Assembly (NCBI GenBank): GCA_028534125.1
Contig: CM052817.1
Span: 72,790,001-72,854,000 of the forward strand
Length of the DNA: 64,000 nucleotides
Direction: 5' to 3'
Source of the DNA: Lama glama
Lineage: Eukaryota
Numbering within the stretch: the stretch's first letter is position 1; every line of letters starts with the position of its first letter. A model generated the notes under the pieces. That model did not search any database. It was not told the origin of the DNA and was given only the letters and a program-made list of their open reading frames with translations. The position numbers and the translations under genes are program-made. Positions 13,381-26,920 of this stretch are shown in pieces.

Positions 13381-13887
13381 ACATTTTCAATGGAAGCTAT
13401 ATCACCTCCAATGAAGTGAAAATTAGTTCTTGAAGGTCAAAAAATTCTTAGATAGTATAATGATCTGTTGTCCTCCCAAGTTCAACTCTGCTGACTAAAT
13501 CTTATTCTTTAATATTTAATTTCTCTCTCTGGAGGAAACTTAAATTTAATTTTATTTTTCTATTTAGGAGGTCAATAATGAAAAAAAAGTTTGAGAAACA
13601 CAGCACTATAACATGTTCTATCTCCATCAATTATAGTTAATAATGAGTTAACATATATACTACACACACTCCACAAGCATATTACCTACTATATCGAATA
13701 TCTGTAGAGAAAATGGCCCTCTCTTCAATTTTAAAATTCCCAAGTTGTACCCAGAGTTGAAAAAAAAATAGTATAATTAGAGCTATATATGTCACAGTCC
13801 CCCAGAACACTAATGATAGGAGAGGAACTAGTAAGTCCAAAGAGTATTATCTAAAAGTCTTTATAAATGTCTATTATATTGCTAATC

Positions 13888-14330
13888 TGCCACCATAGCA
13901 GTAGGTTCTTGGTTTGCAAACAAAGGAGTTTCCCTGGTGAAATCTGAACTTGGCCCCTGTACATGAAGGGCAAGGGAAGACCAAGAAAAAGGCAGACCCC
14001 TTAAGATTGTTAGGTGGCTTTAATAAGCAAGGGAACTTATAAGGCTTATCTTGCATGTTAACAAGATGAGTACATCTTCACAGCTGTCCACCAGAATTTT
14101 AAAATTTTATATAGAGACCTTAACTGAGTTTAGTCACATATATCATCCAGATGGTCTCAACAACGCTATCTAAAGCCTGTGTCCTTGAGGCAACTTCTAG
14201 TGCAGGAAAAGCAAGTGGAATGCACATTCCAAGGACAGGGGAACCAGAGAGGAGCCTTCAATATTCAGCTCCAATTCAAGGGTTAACCAGCTGTCACATC
14301 CTCTCAATGACCTCCTCCAACACAGGAAAA
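13888..14330. mobile_element. Probable ERV LTR-derived segment, family not identified
   Basis: GC step-up and LTR-like phrase GGTGGCTTTAATAAGCAAGGGAACTTA; recognition only. Confidence 0.3.
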
Positions 14331-15852
14331 TACTAGAGTAAGCTTTCTCTGATCTGACTTGATTAGATGGCAAAATATTTCAAAGTTTTAAAAATCTGGA
14401 GGCAAGAATCAAGTCATTCAATTTTCTATGTCCTACAGCACTGGGCCTCAGATAAACTAGTCAATCAACAAATGTGTGTAAAATTGAAAAGAAGGAGTTC
14501 CCATAGCCATACAAAGGTTCTCAATCACATATTCAAATACACAATAATAAAACAATTCTAAGCAAATTTTAATTTGTCTTTATTGACTCAGAAGATGTTT
14601 TTTCTACTTTCTTTAGAATAATTATTTTTAAAACAAATTTTATTCTATAACAGAGGAAACTACAGCATAAAATAAATATCAAAATGTAATTGATTTGATT
14701 TACAAAGTTGTTGCCATTAACCTATGAAGCACATAAAGAGGTATTTGAGGCGATTGGCAAGTGTTCAAATACCTGAGCTCAAACTTAGGCTGAGGGAAAT
14801 GATAAATTCTACCCTACAGCAACCTGAGAGGGCACCTGTGGGACAATGTGTCCAACTTAAGCCAAAGAGTAAGTGTGTTTATGCCTACCTGAAGGAAACA
14901 TAGAAGGAATTGAAGTGACAATCAGAAATACGGTGGCACAAAGTTTATTTGCCCAAGACAAGACTAGAAGTCTTTGAACAATTTTCTCAAAGGATTTTCT
15001 GCTTTAAAAATTTGACAACCCAACAATCAAGGGGGATTCCTTTGTGAGCAACATGCTAAAAAAATACCTTGAGGTTTCCAACTACTGAGATAAAGAATAT
15101 TTGAGAAAGTTCTGGAGGACCAGTGACACCAGGAAAGGAGTCACTGTAAACTACAGCTGATGGTTGCTTTTCACATCCACTGTCCACATGCTCTACAGAA
15201 GAAGAGAGCTGACCTAGAAGAGGAGAATCCAAGGGGAGCTCCCACTCCTGACTGTGGTTGCCACTGGAGTCAAGATTTTCTCATGTCTGTTAGGAAAGAA
15301 ACTTCACTGCAGGGAGGGCTCTGGCCCTTTCTGCTTTCTCTAATCCTTTATGCACCTAGAGCTCCTACCCAGCCTGAGTATCTTTTATCCTTCTCACTGA
15401 GGAAAAAATTACGTCCACCACAAAAAAGAAAAAACTAGATAAATTTGCATTGCAAAACTCAAGCCAGTTATTGAGAACTGAGACTCAGAAGGGTAAAGCA
15501 GCACTCAGACTCCTGTGCTAGAGAGTCTGTCCCATTAAAGGAGCCTTTGGAGGCAGTACTACTGCTAGTAGTAAGGATAATAATAACAATGACAGGAGAT
15601 AACATTTATTGAACATTTGCTATCTGTAAGTCACTCATGTTAGGTGCTTTATATTCATTCTCTCACCTAAAACCTTAAAAATCTTATAAGAGTTTTTTTT
15701 TTCTTATACATAAAGAGAGAAGGCTAGAAAATTTAGGTGTATAAAATGCTAGATGACAGAATTTGCTTTGAGTTTTCTTGTGTAATAAGCTAGTACTTCA
15801 ACTTGCAAACATAATCCTCTCACATCAACCCCCCTTTTATTATGTCTGTGGG

Positions 15853-16412
15853 TGTCATGGAGGATCTTTGCTTCCTTTGTGAGGGACAGAAACCCAACTC
15901 AAACTAGGCAAAGCAGAAAGGACATTTTATAAACTCATGTAACCAAACCACAGTGGGGATCAGGCATAAGACGTCCGACATTTCTTGCCTCTGCTTTTCT
16001 TCGGAAAAGAAGTCTCTTTCTTATGGATGGCATACAGGTATTCTCCAATCAGCTAGGGAAAGTAGCCATTGACAATTCCAAGTTTACCTCTTTCCAGGTT
16101 CATGACTCCAGAAAGAAAAGGCTTCTCCCTCCAATTTCAGTGTGAAGAAACACGGGGCAGGACCTGACTGGCTCAGTTTGGGCCACGTGTCCCATATGGC
16201 CACCCCAAGACCAATCTCTATAGCTTAAATGTCCAGACTTGAATTATGTGAGCACATCTCTGGCCAAAGAAGTCAGAGGCCCTGTGTCTGGCAACCCCAC
16301 CAGAATCACCTAATTGGAAGGAGAAAGGAGCAGTTCTTTTAAGAAGGGGTGGGAGGCATGGTTACCAGAATCAGGAATGCAGGACAGACAAAAATAGCAG
16401 ACATCCACTACA
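15853..16412 (-). mobile_element. MaLR LTR (MLT1K/L-like)
   Basis: GACAGAAACCCAACTCAAACTAG...ACTCATGTAAC...GACTGGCTCAGTTTGGGCCACGTG...CAGACATCCACTACA. Confidence 0.8.
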
Positions 16413-19019
16413 CCAATTATGTGTGTACGAAGATTCAAAAGGCCTGAGGCCCTACATGTCTACCAAGTTTCTAGATGATGCCACAAACCAGAGTTTAAGT
16501 AGCAATGCACTAACCTTCTTTCCACGTGTTGCCCATAATTGTCTAACATTGTAAATGCTCTAAAGCTTAGGGCTCACTCACAAGGACAAATGCAATCTCA
16601 CATGCTTGTCTAAGTACAGTGCCTTCTCGGGACCAGCTGTGTGTCCCCGTCACAACACTGAAATAGCAGAGGTGTTGCCCGTCAGGATCGAGACATATTG
16701 GCAGAACTCAGTGATAAAAACACTTTACAATTTCATAGCACCTTTCATTCCAAAGTGTTTCAGAAGCTACATACATTCGGCACCACAGAAAGATGATAGA
16801 GGCAGCAGACTCCATGGGGTGAAGGAGGTGTCGAGGGATGGAGTGGGGGTGGAAGAATATGTAAGCTAAGGACAGTGGGACATTTCTCTGTTAAAGGGGA
16901 CATAACACCAAAAATCATACACACACAAAAAAGAAAGAAAACTAAAACCTTCAAGGTTCATGTTCAAAGAATGATATTGCATAGATTAATGTTCAGAATC
17001 ATTCTCATAGAACCATCTTCTTCCAAGAAGTTACTTATGGGTATGGGTACTCTGTGAGCACCAAGAAAAAGAAACCATAAATAAGCTAAACAAACAAGAA
17101 GATGAAAAATATCAGGGAATCTATGAGGTCTGAATCCATTAACTCCAGCTTGAATAGGCTACATCTGTCTTCTTAAGTAAACAATTAAGTCCTAAAATCT
17201 TAGAGGGCGGTTTTCCATCACAAATTCTCTGGCATGGGAAGTAGCCTGTTGTTTGCAGAGCATTTAGTAAAAGAAACAACTTTCTAAGTATTGCAAAATG
17301 TGAACATCTAACTTAACCTTTATATACCCAACAAAAAGGTGGGTAGTTCATATATGTTCTAAAAAAATAAGTGACTTTATGACAGAGCTTCAAAATGGAA
17401 ACTTTTAATGATTCCTAGAGTGTTTGTCTTCAAAAGAAATCCATTTTCGAGTGCTGCTGTTTCCCATTTGTTATCAGGGACTCCTGGGGGGCTTCCAGTG
17501 ACTTGGAAAGAGTTCTGTTTTCACTTCTTCTGGCTCTGTGACTATGTCCCAGCCAATAAACGAAGACCAAGCTCCCACAAGACAGTTTCAAAGATGCTGT
17601 GCTCCAGACAGTATGTGGCCACCTGCCAGGAAAGCCCCTATCAAATTAAAAGGGCAAGGAGAGAAATCCTTTTGCTATTTCATATTTCCTGGGGTTTCCT
17701 ACGAACTCATTGCATTAATCTTCTTTGTGAAATGTTTTAGTAAATGTGCTTTTTTATAAACATTCACAAAAACCTCAAGATAATAAGAAAAAAGAAAGCA
17801 GGGATTCTTAGACCAGAAATTCATCTTTCTGCTCTTTTTTTATTCACTATCTCCTATCCTTTCTCCTCCCACTTTCACTTGAGACAGGTGCTGACACCCT
17901 CCCCAGCCAGCAGATAACTGGTTACTCCATCAGGAGAATTGTTATCTTGAATCACAGCGTTATCGTTTCATCAGAGAGAAAATCAAGCTACTCAAAAATT
18001 CCACAAAGGCAGTTTCCATTAAGGAAATACACTAAAAGGACCCAGTACTCTTGTGCCCTCACACTGTAATTTTGGGGCCCTGGCAAAGTTCTACTCAAAA
18101 GCTTATTTTTATAAATGATGGGAAGTAACTGATGCATCTGGTTATCTCTCAGGACACTGTCAGTTCCACAACTAGAAATGGTGCTGCCACACTCACTCCA
18201 AAGGAAGGTGGTGGTGAAGTGTAGGCTTCAGATAAGGATTTACACTGAGAGGCCAGCTCCAGAAACTACATAAAAGATTATAGATAGGAGAAAAGCAAGG
18301 AGAAAGGTACAGCCCATAAAATTAGAGTTATTGTAATCTTGCAGGTAAATGAATATGTTCCATTTTGGTTTACAGTACATTTGACAATAGCATAGAAATA
18401 AACTGTGTATACCTTGTGAATTATAATAGTCTAACATGCCAGCTTGGAATGAACAATATAAAAAGAAAGGAAAGTTGTCAGTTAAGTGGCACATTATAAG
18501 CAATAGAGTCTTTGGAATTATATCCTTGCTTGACTCATCATTTGATGTCTTGATACTCCATTTGCTTCTCAAAAGCTTTAAGTTGGGTCAACATTTAACT
18601 AATGTCAACCACATAAATATGAATTGAGAATTTACTGTATCCAGGCTCAGTTCTAGGAATTGGGGATTCTAAGTAATCAAGACAAGTATGCCTCTATCTC
18701 TCATAACTTACCATCTAACAATATAGTCTAGTTGAGCATGAAGACTGTGATTGTCTAAGTATGGACTAATGAAACTAGAACAATACTACTAAGATCTATA
18801 TGGCCTTTGTATCATCAGACACCTTGTAAACACATTATTTATTGAGTGGAAGTGTTTATCTTTAAAACAAAAGTTACCATACTCATCTTTAAATTCTAAC
18901 AAGTTTTTCTTCTGCTCTATGAGTTCACACTTACTAAAGACACTTTAACATGGATTGGAAAATATTTTCAGAGCTCAGATAAACAGTTTAGGGTAACAAA
19001 TTTAACTCCAAAAACACCC

Positions 19020-19330
19020 ACTGATTTTCTCTGAGGTGTAAAGCATATCATGTAGTCCTCCAAGGAGTACAAAACCAGTTAAGACATGGCACCCACTCTT
19101 AGGTTGTCTACAATTCCGTTCAGGTGATATTTACATGAAGAACAGGAATAGAAGGCAGAATGAGGTGGATACTGTAATAGAAGTTTAAGCTTAAGCTCTA
19201 GATATACAAGGGATCAAAAGGTTAACTTAAGCTAAAACAACTGGAGAAGATCCCTACAGAAGCTGAAGTTGCAAGAATGCCACGAAAGATGAATGGACCT
19301 CATCAGGCAGATGGGGTGAGGGCAGAAGAG
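19020..19330 (-). mobile_element. L2 3' fragment
   Basis: AAGACATGGCACCCACTC...GAAAGATGAATGGAC...CAGGCAGATGGGG resembles the reverse-complement L2 tail. Confidence 0.5.
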
Positions 19331-19369
19331 TGCAACTGTTAAGAACTGGCAATATAAAATGATAGAGTA

Positions 19370-19541
19370 CTGGCACTTTCTCTTACCAGCTCTATGACTT
19401 GGTCCAGTTTCTCATTTGTGAAGTGGAGATAATGTAAGAGTACATCATAGGGATGTTATGAGTATTAAATAAGATGATTTATGTAAAGTACTTTACACAG
19501 TGCCTGTTACACAGTGCTAATAAATATTAGTTTCTATTATT
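19370..19541 (+). mobile_element. MIR SINE
   Basis: CAGTTTCTCATTTGTGAAGTGGAGATAAT...CATAGGGATGTTATGAGTATTAAAT...CAGTGCCTG. Confidence 0.85.
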
Positions 19542-20261
19542 ACATTTTGTATAGTACATATGTAGTAGTTTTCATATAGTTTATATTTTTAGTTTTTTTA
19601 AACTGTATAATACAGTTATATGAAAAAAGTTATTTCTTAAAACTAGACTATATTTAGAGTCCTCTAGAGTCAATTTGACCCAGATACAGCCCAGTCAAAA
19701 AAAAAAGTACAAAATAAAGATAGAAACATGAAGCACAATTAATAACTCTAAAAATGGCCAATCAATAAAGTTAAAAAGAATACAAACACTTTAGATCATT
19801 TAAGTATGGGTTTTATCTGGCTGACTGATGTTGATTCTCTGCCTCCAAACTAACATGACACAAACAGAAGTTATATTGTCATTTGGTTAATACATTGAAA
19901 CTGATATCCATTAAACGTTACTATGGATAACCTTAAATGGCTTGAAATTTAAAAGAGGAAAGCCTATAAGACAATTTGATTTTGCCAGAAGATTTACAAC
20001 CCAACTAGCCTTTCTCCTTGGTTCAGTACACACAATGTGAGGCTTAAGATGATTCATAATGGCTAAAGAGTGGTTTAAAAAAATCAAGCTCTAGGATTTT
20101 AAAATTGCCAGGAATAATCTAAATAAAGAATGATGCAGACAGAAAATGTACATGTAAATGTATCTGGATTAGATGATTACCAGAGATTTTTATTTCTTCA
20201 TTATGATTTCTCTATCTTCCATGTTTGCTACAGTTGTAATAAAAGATCTGATTCCGTTTAT

Positions 20262-20625
20262 GACCGTTGAGTGCTGATAGCTTTCAGAGCCCATCACCAC
20301 CCACCCTGTTCTGTTCCTCAGATGGGCAAGCTGGTGAGAAAACCCAGGTGCTCTCTCCTATGGTGCTGGTGGCAATTTTAAACCTCACAATCCCTGGTCC
20401 ATGTGCAGGAACCCAAACCCTCAACCCATCCCCAAACTACAGTAAATGCTGAGCCAGTCTCCTTTCCCTACTCTTTCAAGCTACTCTCTGGACCTGCTGT
20501 TCCTACGAAGCTCATGTTGTCAGTAATAAACCTTCTCATACTCTCTTGGTACATGGGTGGCATCATCAGTCTTGACATCAGAATCAAATTTTGAGTTGGG
20601 TTTCACCTCTGCAGAGTAGATAACA
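20262..20625 (+). mobile_element. ERV1 LTR (MER90/MER110-like)
   Basis: GAGTGCTGATAGCTTTCA...GGGCAAGCTGGTGAGAAAACCCAGGTGCTC...GTAATAAACCTTCTCATAC...GGCATCATCAGTCTTGACATC. Confidence 0.7.
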
Positions 20626-20728
20626 ACAGTCAATATGTATTATCTTTATAATGTAAGCAGCACATAAAAATGAACAAAGTTTAAGGGGGTTGACAAATCT
20701 CATCAGCATATACCATCTCTGTCTCTCT

Positions 20729-20787
20729 CATGGATTAAATCATGCGTCTGTCTCTTTCCCTATACAGCCCATATGCATAAAAGGACA
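20729..20787 (+). repeat. Short local duplicate of 21402-21428 plus 21471-21515
   Basis: 20743-20787 matches 21471-21515 at 43/45 nt. Confidence 0.9.
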
Positions 20788-20989
20788 CACACACAGAGTA
20801 AAGTAAGATGTATGTCATTTTTCTACACATTTCCTGGATATTTAACAAAATAATTTTCATCAGATCATAGAAGAAGTTAAACTACTGCCTTCAAGTAATC
20901 TACAGAAATATCATATCTTATGAATAACTACAAAATGGACAATGAGAGAATTTTGATCAGAGGATATTACAAAAATTAAAAAGAATTCA

Positions 20990-21220
20990 GAGTTAGCATT
21001 TACCAAGCATTTGTGAACAAGGCTTTGTTATAAAAACTTTGTATATATTATCTCCTTTAGCCCTCACAACAACCCTATGCAGTAGCTATTTCAGGATCTC
21101 ACTTTACAGATGAGGAAGCTGAAACACAAGGTGATTAAGTAATTTGCTCAAGGTCACAAAGCAAGTAAGTGGGAGAAGTGAGACTTGAAAACCCAGAAAA
21201 CATGACTCCAGAACCACATA
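20990..21220 (-). mobile_element. MIR SINE
   Basis: CCTCACAACAACCCTATG...TTTACAGATGAGGAAGCTGA...AAGTAATTTGCTCAAGGTCACA. Confidence 0.9.
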
Positions 21221-21414
21221 CCATAAAATATCCCTTTAACCACCTCTTCTTCAAAAGTTAATAACATCAGTTTTTTTTATCATAATTATGTTTCACACAG
21301 GATTTAGTATCTGTTCCCTTTATGTGGACATTTTCTAAGTTTTTAGCATTTTTCAACTGATCAAGCCCTAAACTAAACACAAGTACCAGACTGGCAATTA
21401 CCACGGGTTAAATC

Positions 21415-22022
21415 TGCATTGCGTCTGTTCCCCTTTTCCCTTTTCCTAATAATGGTCCGATTTTCCTTCGTGCATCTGTCTCTTTCCCTACACAGCCCAT
21501 ATGCATAAAAGGACAAGTACCACATCCTGGAGTGAACCTGACCAGTATAAAGGTAATCCCAACACGTCTGTCACAGGAATTGGGTCAGAAATACAGACAT
21601 AAACCAATCAGCACTGGGCATTGCCCTGGCCATAAAGATTAGTTCAAGAAGGGACATATGATCTAATTTAGACCAAGGAAAAGCAAAGGAAGATTCACAT
21701 AGAACCTAGGAAATAATTTTTCTCACTCAGTAAAAATATCACCAGAAAAAAGTTCTCACTTCCTCAGGAAGTCATGAAACAGAACTGTGAAACTTAAAAT
21801 AAGGACAGTCATTTTGTCTCCATGAAGGAAGCCACCCTGAAGATGAAGCCAGTATACAGAGGAGGGGATAGCTGAGCAAACCTCGGAGAACCAGCCAGAG
21901 CCACTGGATTAAAGCAGCCTGAAGCTTGCCTCCTCTGAATTTTTGAGCATGGGAGCTAATAATATTTGTTTGTTTAAGCTAGTTTAATTTTGTTTCCTGT
22001 TACTTGCAGTCCTAACTCACAC
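21415..22022 (+). mobile_element. MaLR LTR (MLT1K/L-like)
   Basis: GAAGATGAAGCCA...GAGCCACTGGATTAAAGCAGCCTGAAGC...TGTTTAAGCTAGTTT...CTGTTACTTGCA. Confidence 0.75.
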
Positions 22023-22459
22023 ATAGGTAAAACCAGACTCTGTCTAGTGATTTTATATTACTCTATCTTCCAACAAATATCTGTACAAAACTCCCCCTTG
22101 GTACCAACGCGACATTCCTTGTTCATGTGGAACGGCAGTAATTTCTCTAGGATTCATGGCTGTTGGTCTCTATATCTCCCTTCAGGAAAATGTCATTAAC
22201 TGCCTTACTCCACTATTTCTCAGCATATAGTCAATCCCAGGCTTTCTCACAGTTTGTTTTTGGGTACCATGTCATAATAGATATTGGTGGAAGGAGGCTC
22301 AGAACAGCTGATATTTTTGTTTGTTTGTTTCATTCCCGTACTTCCTGAGTCATCACTCACATAGGACTCTGATGCAGTGACTGAAGGTCAATGAAGGATG
22401 ATAGAAAACTAATCAAATTGAGCACAGAGAGCAGTGAAATCTCACACATTTAAAAGTAG

Positions 22460-22830
22460 GGTGTATGGAACAACTGGTAAATGACTGAATAAATTATACT
22501 CTAGGCCAGAACTTCAAGAAATACTATGCAGTTATGCAATTCTTTTAAAATTATGATTCCAGAAACTATGGTAAACATGAAAGAAAAATTTAGTCATTAT
22601 ACTAAGTGGAGGAAAAAGATACAAAATGGTACACACAACATTTACAATTATGTGATAATTACAAACAAAAAAACCAGAATTTTAAAACTGTGAAGCAAAT
22701 AAAAATTAAAACACCACAAATATATTAACAATGGTTGCACTAGGAGCTATAGAAATTTTTCCTATTTTTTCTTTTGCTCTTTTTTCTTTTACTCTTTTTA
22801 ATAATCATAGATTATTTTATGAAGGAAATT
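22460..22830 (+). mobile_element. Old L1 (L1ME-like) 3' fragment
   Basis: GTAAATGACTGAATAAATTAT...AATACTATGCAG...ATATTAACAATGGTT. Confidence 0.6.
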
Positions 22831-24124
22831 TATAATATTTTAACATAGGAATACATCATTTTCACTAACTGCATGTCTAAATCAGCAGATTTGTTTGAGA
22901 TGTACAATGATAAGAACGTTAAGGAGAGAACATTTAGCATTGCATAATTTGAAGATCTCAATATTCACTTTCCCAAACAGGTTGTCTAGGCCAAAGGAGA
23001 TGCACAGTATCCAAAACAAGACCTCACACTCCATAAAGTTTAAATACTGTCCCTTGGGTACTAAGGAACAAAAGCCCACAAGTCAGGTCTTCTGAGTCAC
23101 TTGGCACTGTTTCAGTGTCCTCCAAAGCAGTAACACTATGCAAGAGATAATACAGGGAGGGGAGAGAAAAGAGAAGGACAGAGTTGTGAATCAGTCCAAC
23201 TTAGTTAGACTATGCAAAGGGAAGAAGGCAAGGAGGTAAGGAATTAAATAAGACCAGGCTGCAAATCTGTATATATCATTACTTTCCAAAAGTGAAAGGC
23301 TGAAGTGAAGGGGAGACAAGAGGAAAATGAGGTGGAAGGGGATGGAATTGGAAAGATCGATGCCAGAGAGATGCATATAAAAGGACAAGTGATAAACCAG
23401 AATTATGCGTAGAGATAAAGGAGTTAATAAAAGGGACAGACAGAAGTGAAGGCAACCAAATGAGAAAGGATATTCCCAGTGGTGTCAGACCTGATGCTGG
23501 AAACCTTGGCGAGACCCTGGGAAGGGAAGGTGTAGGTGAATGACAAATGTGCAGCATCAAAATAAATCATCTCTTCTAGACCTTCTGCAGGAACAAATTT
23601 TCCAGAGATTTAGATTTGGTAAACAGACCAAGCTGGATCACAGCGAGGAACTTATAGGGGATTTGAGATGTCAAACACACAGAAGCCAAAGTTTGCCTGT
23701 AATGTTGAAAATAACACCATGCATGGCCTTTTAGTATCAAATCGTGTCAACTAACTGCAGTTCAAAGACTCTTCTCTAAAAAACCTAAGACAATATATTA
23801 GTTTTTCTTTAACCATAAGATATAGCAACAATTATTCATATTCGATGTATACAGCCTTGTTAATTTTTCCTTAGACTCGAAAACTATGTATTGTGTTGAT
23901 GCGTGTTCTATATTACTTAATATATTTATGTTTAGTATTTGAAATCAACTCATTATTTATTTATTATAATGTGATAGAATTGTCACACTGAAAGAAAAAC
24001 ATATTTGAAAATAATCTATATTTTTTGACTTTTAAAATTAAAATTCTTCAAGTGTAAACTGTTAACTGGGAGTGAATTTTGTGCCTAAAGTCGATTTAGT
24101 AATTTTCAGACACAGACAGACCTT

Positions 24125-24360
24125 TGGCATAGTGATTAACAGAACGGGATTTAGAGTGAGAAAGACCTGCTGGGGTCCAGGCTCCACAATCTGTCAACGT
24201 GGCAGGCCCATTTCCTAAGCTCTCTGATTCTGAATCTCCTTCTGAGATGAGCATATCAATATCTGCCTTTTATGGCTATTGTGAGGATTAAATAAAATGA
24301 TACATATGAAGCACTTAGCACAGCACCTGGCACATAAAAAATATTCTGTAAATGCTTCCA
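24125..24360 (+). mobile_element. MIR SINE
   Basis: GCATAGTGATTAA...ATTGTGAGGATTAAAT...AAGCACTTAGCACAGCACCTGGCACATA. Confidence 0.85.
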
Positions 24361-24385
24361 TTAGTTCTAAAAGTCACCATAATTA

Positions 24386-24427
24386 TTGTCAGTATCATTG
24401 TCAGTATTATTGTCAATATTGTTGTCT
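24386..24427. repeat. 12-bp imperfect tandem repeat (ATTGTCAGTATY), about 3.5 copies
   Basis: ATTGTCAGTATC ATTGTCAGTATT ATTGTCAATATT GTTGTC. Confidence 0.85.
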
Positions 24428-24509
24428 ATGAGAGTGGGAACTTCACTGGCGAAAAACCATTTCTTACTTAGTTGTGTATGTGTGTCAGACATCCTGAAGT
24501 CCCTGATCT

Positions 24510-24746
24510 TGGGTATATGATTTCCTCAGCCTGAAACAGTCCCTGCCTCCTCCATGCCCTCTTTGCCTGGCTAACTCCCACTCGTCCCCCATTGTCAGCT
24601 GAAACATGGCTTCCTCCTAGAAGTCAGCCTTCTCTGATCCTGGAGGATAAGGTTGGTACCTAGCAACCTGCTCTTCCCCTATGTTCTTGTCCTCACATTA
24701 CACTATAATTCCACATTTATTTTATTGATCTGTATTCCTCCTCATG

Positions 24747-24783
<37 letters not shown>

Positions 24784-24905
24784 TTTAAGCTCCATGAGAA
24801 CATAAATCTACCTTCCTGGCCTTCATTTCCAACCCAAACATGTAGTCAAAGTGTTAATGGCACATACTAAGTTCCTAATAAGTGTACTTTTTGAACAAAT
24901 AAAAG
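24510..24905 (+). mobile_element. L2 3' end
   Basis: CTTTGCCTGGCTAACTCC...TTTTAAGCTCCATGAG...GGCACATACTAAG...TTGAACAAATAAA. Confidence 0.7.
24749..24780. repeat. (AC)16 microsatellite
   Basis: Perfect dinucleotide run. Confidence 0.98.
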
Positions 24906-26486
24906 ACACTTAACAAATAAATCTTAACAAGTTTTACAAACTCTACGTGCTAGGCTGAATCATAAAATATCCACTAATCCAGAAGTGTCCTGTAACTACT
25001 GAACTATTAAATTCACCAACTACTTCCCAAGAGTATCCTAAATCAAGTAACTTTACAATAAGTAAAGTACCTTGACATATGCAGATCCTTGAAGTAGTCA
25101 GCTGAAGAAAGCAATTTAATAATATGCCCTGAAGAAAATTTTTACAAATTTAGTCCTTTCCTGAGTCTGGCTATCTTAGTAGCTTCTTGCAAAAAAGTTA
25201 GTTATTGAGAAAACTGATGAAAAATAACTGTCAGAACTACATTTTAAAAAATCATCTCATAAACATTTGTGAGTATCTCCTTATGTATTAGGTTCATAGG
25301 CAGAGCAAAGAAAGATGAAACATAGACCTTCCTCTCAATAGGTTGATGGTCCAAATGACATATAAATAATAGGGAAATTTTTTCATCCACTCACCTCTTC
25401 CCATCAAATTCATTAATAAATGACATTTATTTGCAGTTTATGTACACTTAGCTAGTTTTGAATCCAAGAAGGGTCATTATTAAATATTAGTATGTACATT
25501 TATTTCCTTTGATATGAATGATGTAAACTGGTATATTTGAGATAAATTAAGCATGCCAGGTTGTATCACAACTTTATGATTAATTCAGTCTTTTGAAAAT
25601 AAACTAATTTCTCCAAGAGCACATGCTCATAACATCCATCAAAAAGACAAGATGATTGTACACAGCTTCTAAAATTTTGCCCCAAAATTTCTAATTATTT
25701 TTCCTTTTGGCAAAAGCTTCTGAACACCTGTTGAAGCCATTACTGTTCTGTCCTTTGGGGGCAATAGGAAAGAACAGCTCCTTCACACACTGCATTTCTC
25801 TCAAGATTCACCAGGAACCTCATGGACTTGCTGCTGCACGATCTGAGCTTTTTAACAGGTGGCTGGTCCTGTTTTTCCTCACCAACTTCCTTACATCAAG
25901 AACAATATACTAGATTTCTTTTTTCTTTTCTTTTCTCTTATGCAAAACTCCAAAGGAGTGGGGAGATTCTCAGTAACAGAATTTAACCTAGCAGATTAAT
26001 TTCATGAACTTGCATAGAAAAAAGTTTTGCTATTAAAGTAAGAGATGAATAAATGGATCTTTTCCTGTTCCTCAAAGCTGAGAAAAATGGGTGAGAACTA
26101 TGAAGATATCAGTTCTTCCATAATATGACAGTTCAATAGAGGGGAAAAAAGTCACTTAACAAAATGATAGATACTAAGTGGTTTACTGGGCAAACACTGC
26201 AACTATTTCCCTTAGAAAGTCAAGAAAGTCTTAATTCGTAATTACACATTTTGCTTTTGCCTCACCAAAGCAATGCTTTGGGGAGCACTTAGGCTGTATT
26301 GTGTGTCTAAAGAAAGCTTTTGTTTCTATGTGTTAAGAGACTAGAGAGTGGTGGTTGCCAGAATCTGGCTATTGAGTATTCCCATTCTTCCTTTCTGCAA
26401 TGCAGTTCAATCTCAACTAGTGACAAAGTCTTATTTCAAATGCTGAGACTATGTTTCTATTTTCCATGATACTAAGACCTCTTATT

Positions 26487-26920
26487 GTATCTGTCAGGAT
26501 CCTGATGGGAAACAGATTCACTCCAAATCATTCAAATAAGGAGACTCCAATGAAGAAGAATTTACATAAGTCTGGGGCAGAGTTAAGGGAATGGTGACAC
26601 TGGGAACAAAGAATGGTGAGGCATCCAAAGACTTCAATAGTGGGAGAAAGGTGTTCCAGGAGCCCAGGGGGATCTAACACTGAGGACATGGGACCATGTG
26701 GTAGGAGCTATAGCCACAGGAGGCAAGTAGGAGAAAGAGGAAGTAAACACTCTGACCTCTCTCTCTTCTCATCTTCCCATTGATCTCCTACTGGCCAAAT
26801 CCAACTGAAGGTTAGAAATCAGCTAACCTTTAGTTCAACAGAATCCAAGTGACAGAATCTATAGGAAATAGCTCCTGGAAGTACAATGCGAGATAGGGAA
26901 TGGCAAAGAATAGATCTTGC
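26487..26920 (-). mobile_element. ERVL LTR (LTR33-like)
   Basis: TGTATCTGTCAGGATCCTGATGGGAAACAGATTCACTCCAA...ATTTACATAAGTCTGGGGCAGAGTTAAGGGAA. Confidence 0.65.

Noticed and set aside
23377..23390. Third short match (ATAAAAGGACAAGT) to the 21471-21515 donor region
   Set aside because: Only about 14 AT-rich nt with no flanking similarity; compatible with chance.
24386..24427. Tandem repeats as a CRISPR-like array
   Set aside because: No spacers; simple slippage repeat. No repeat-spacer array was seen anywhere in the window.
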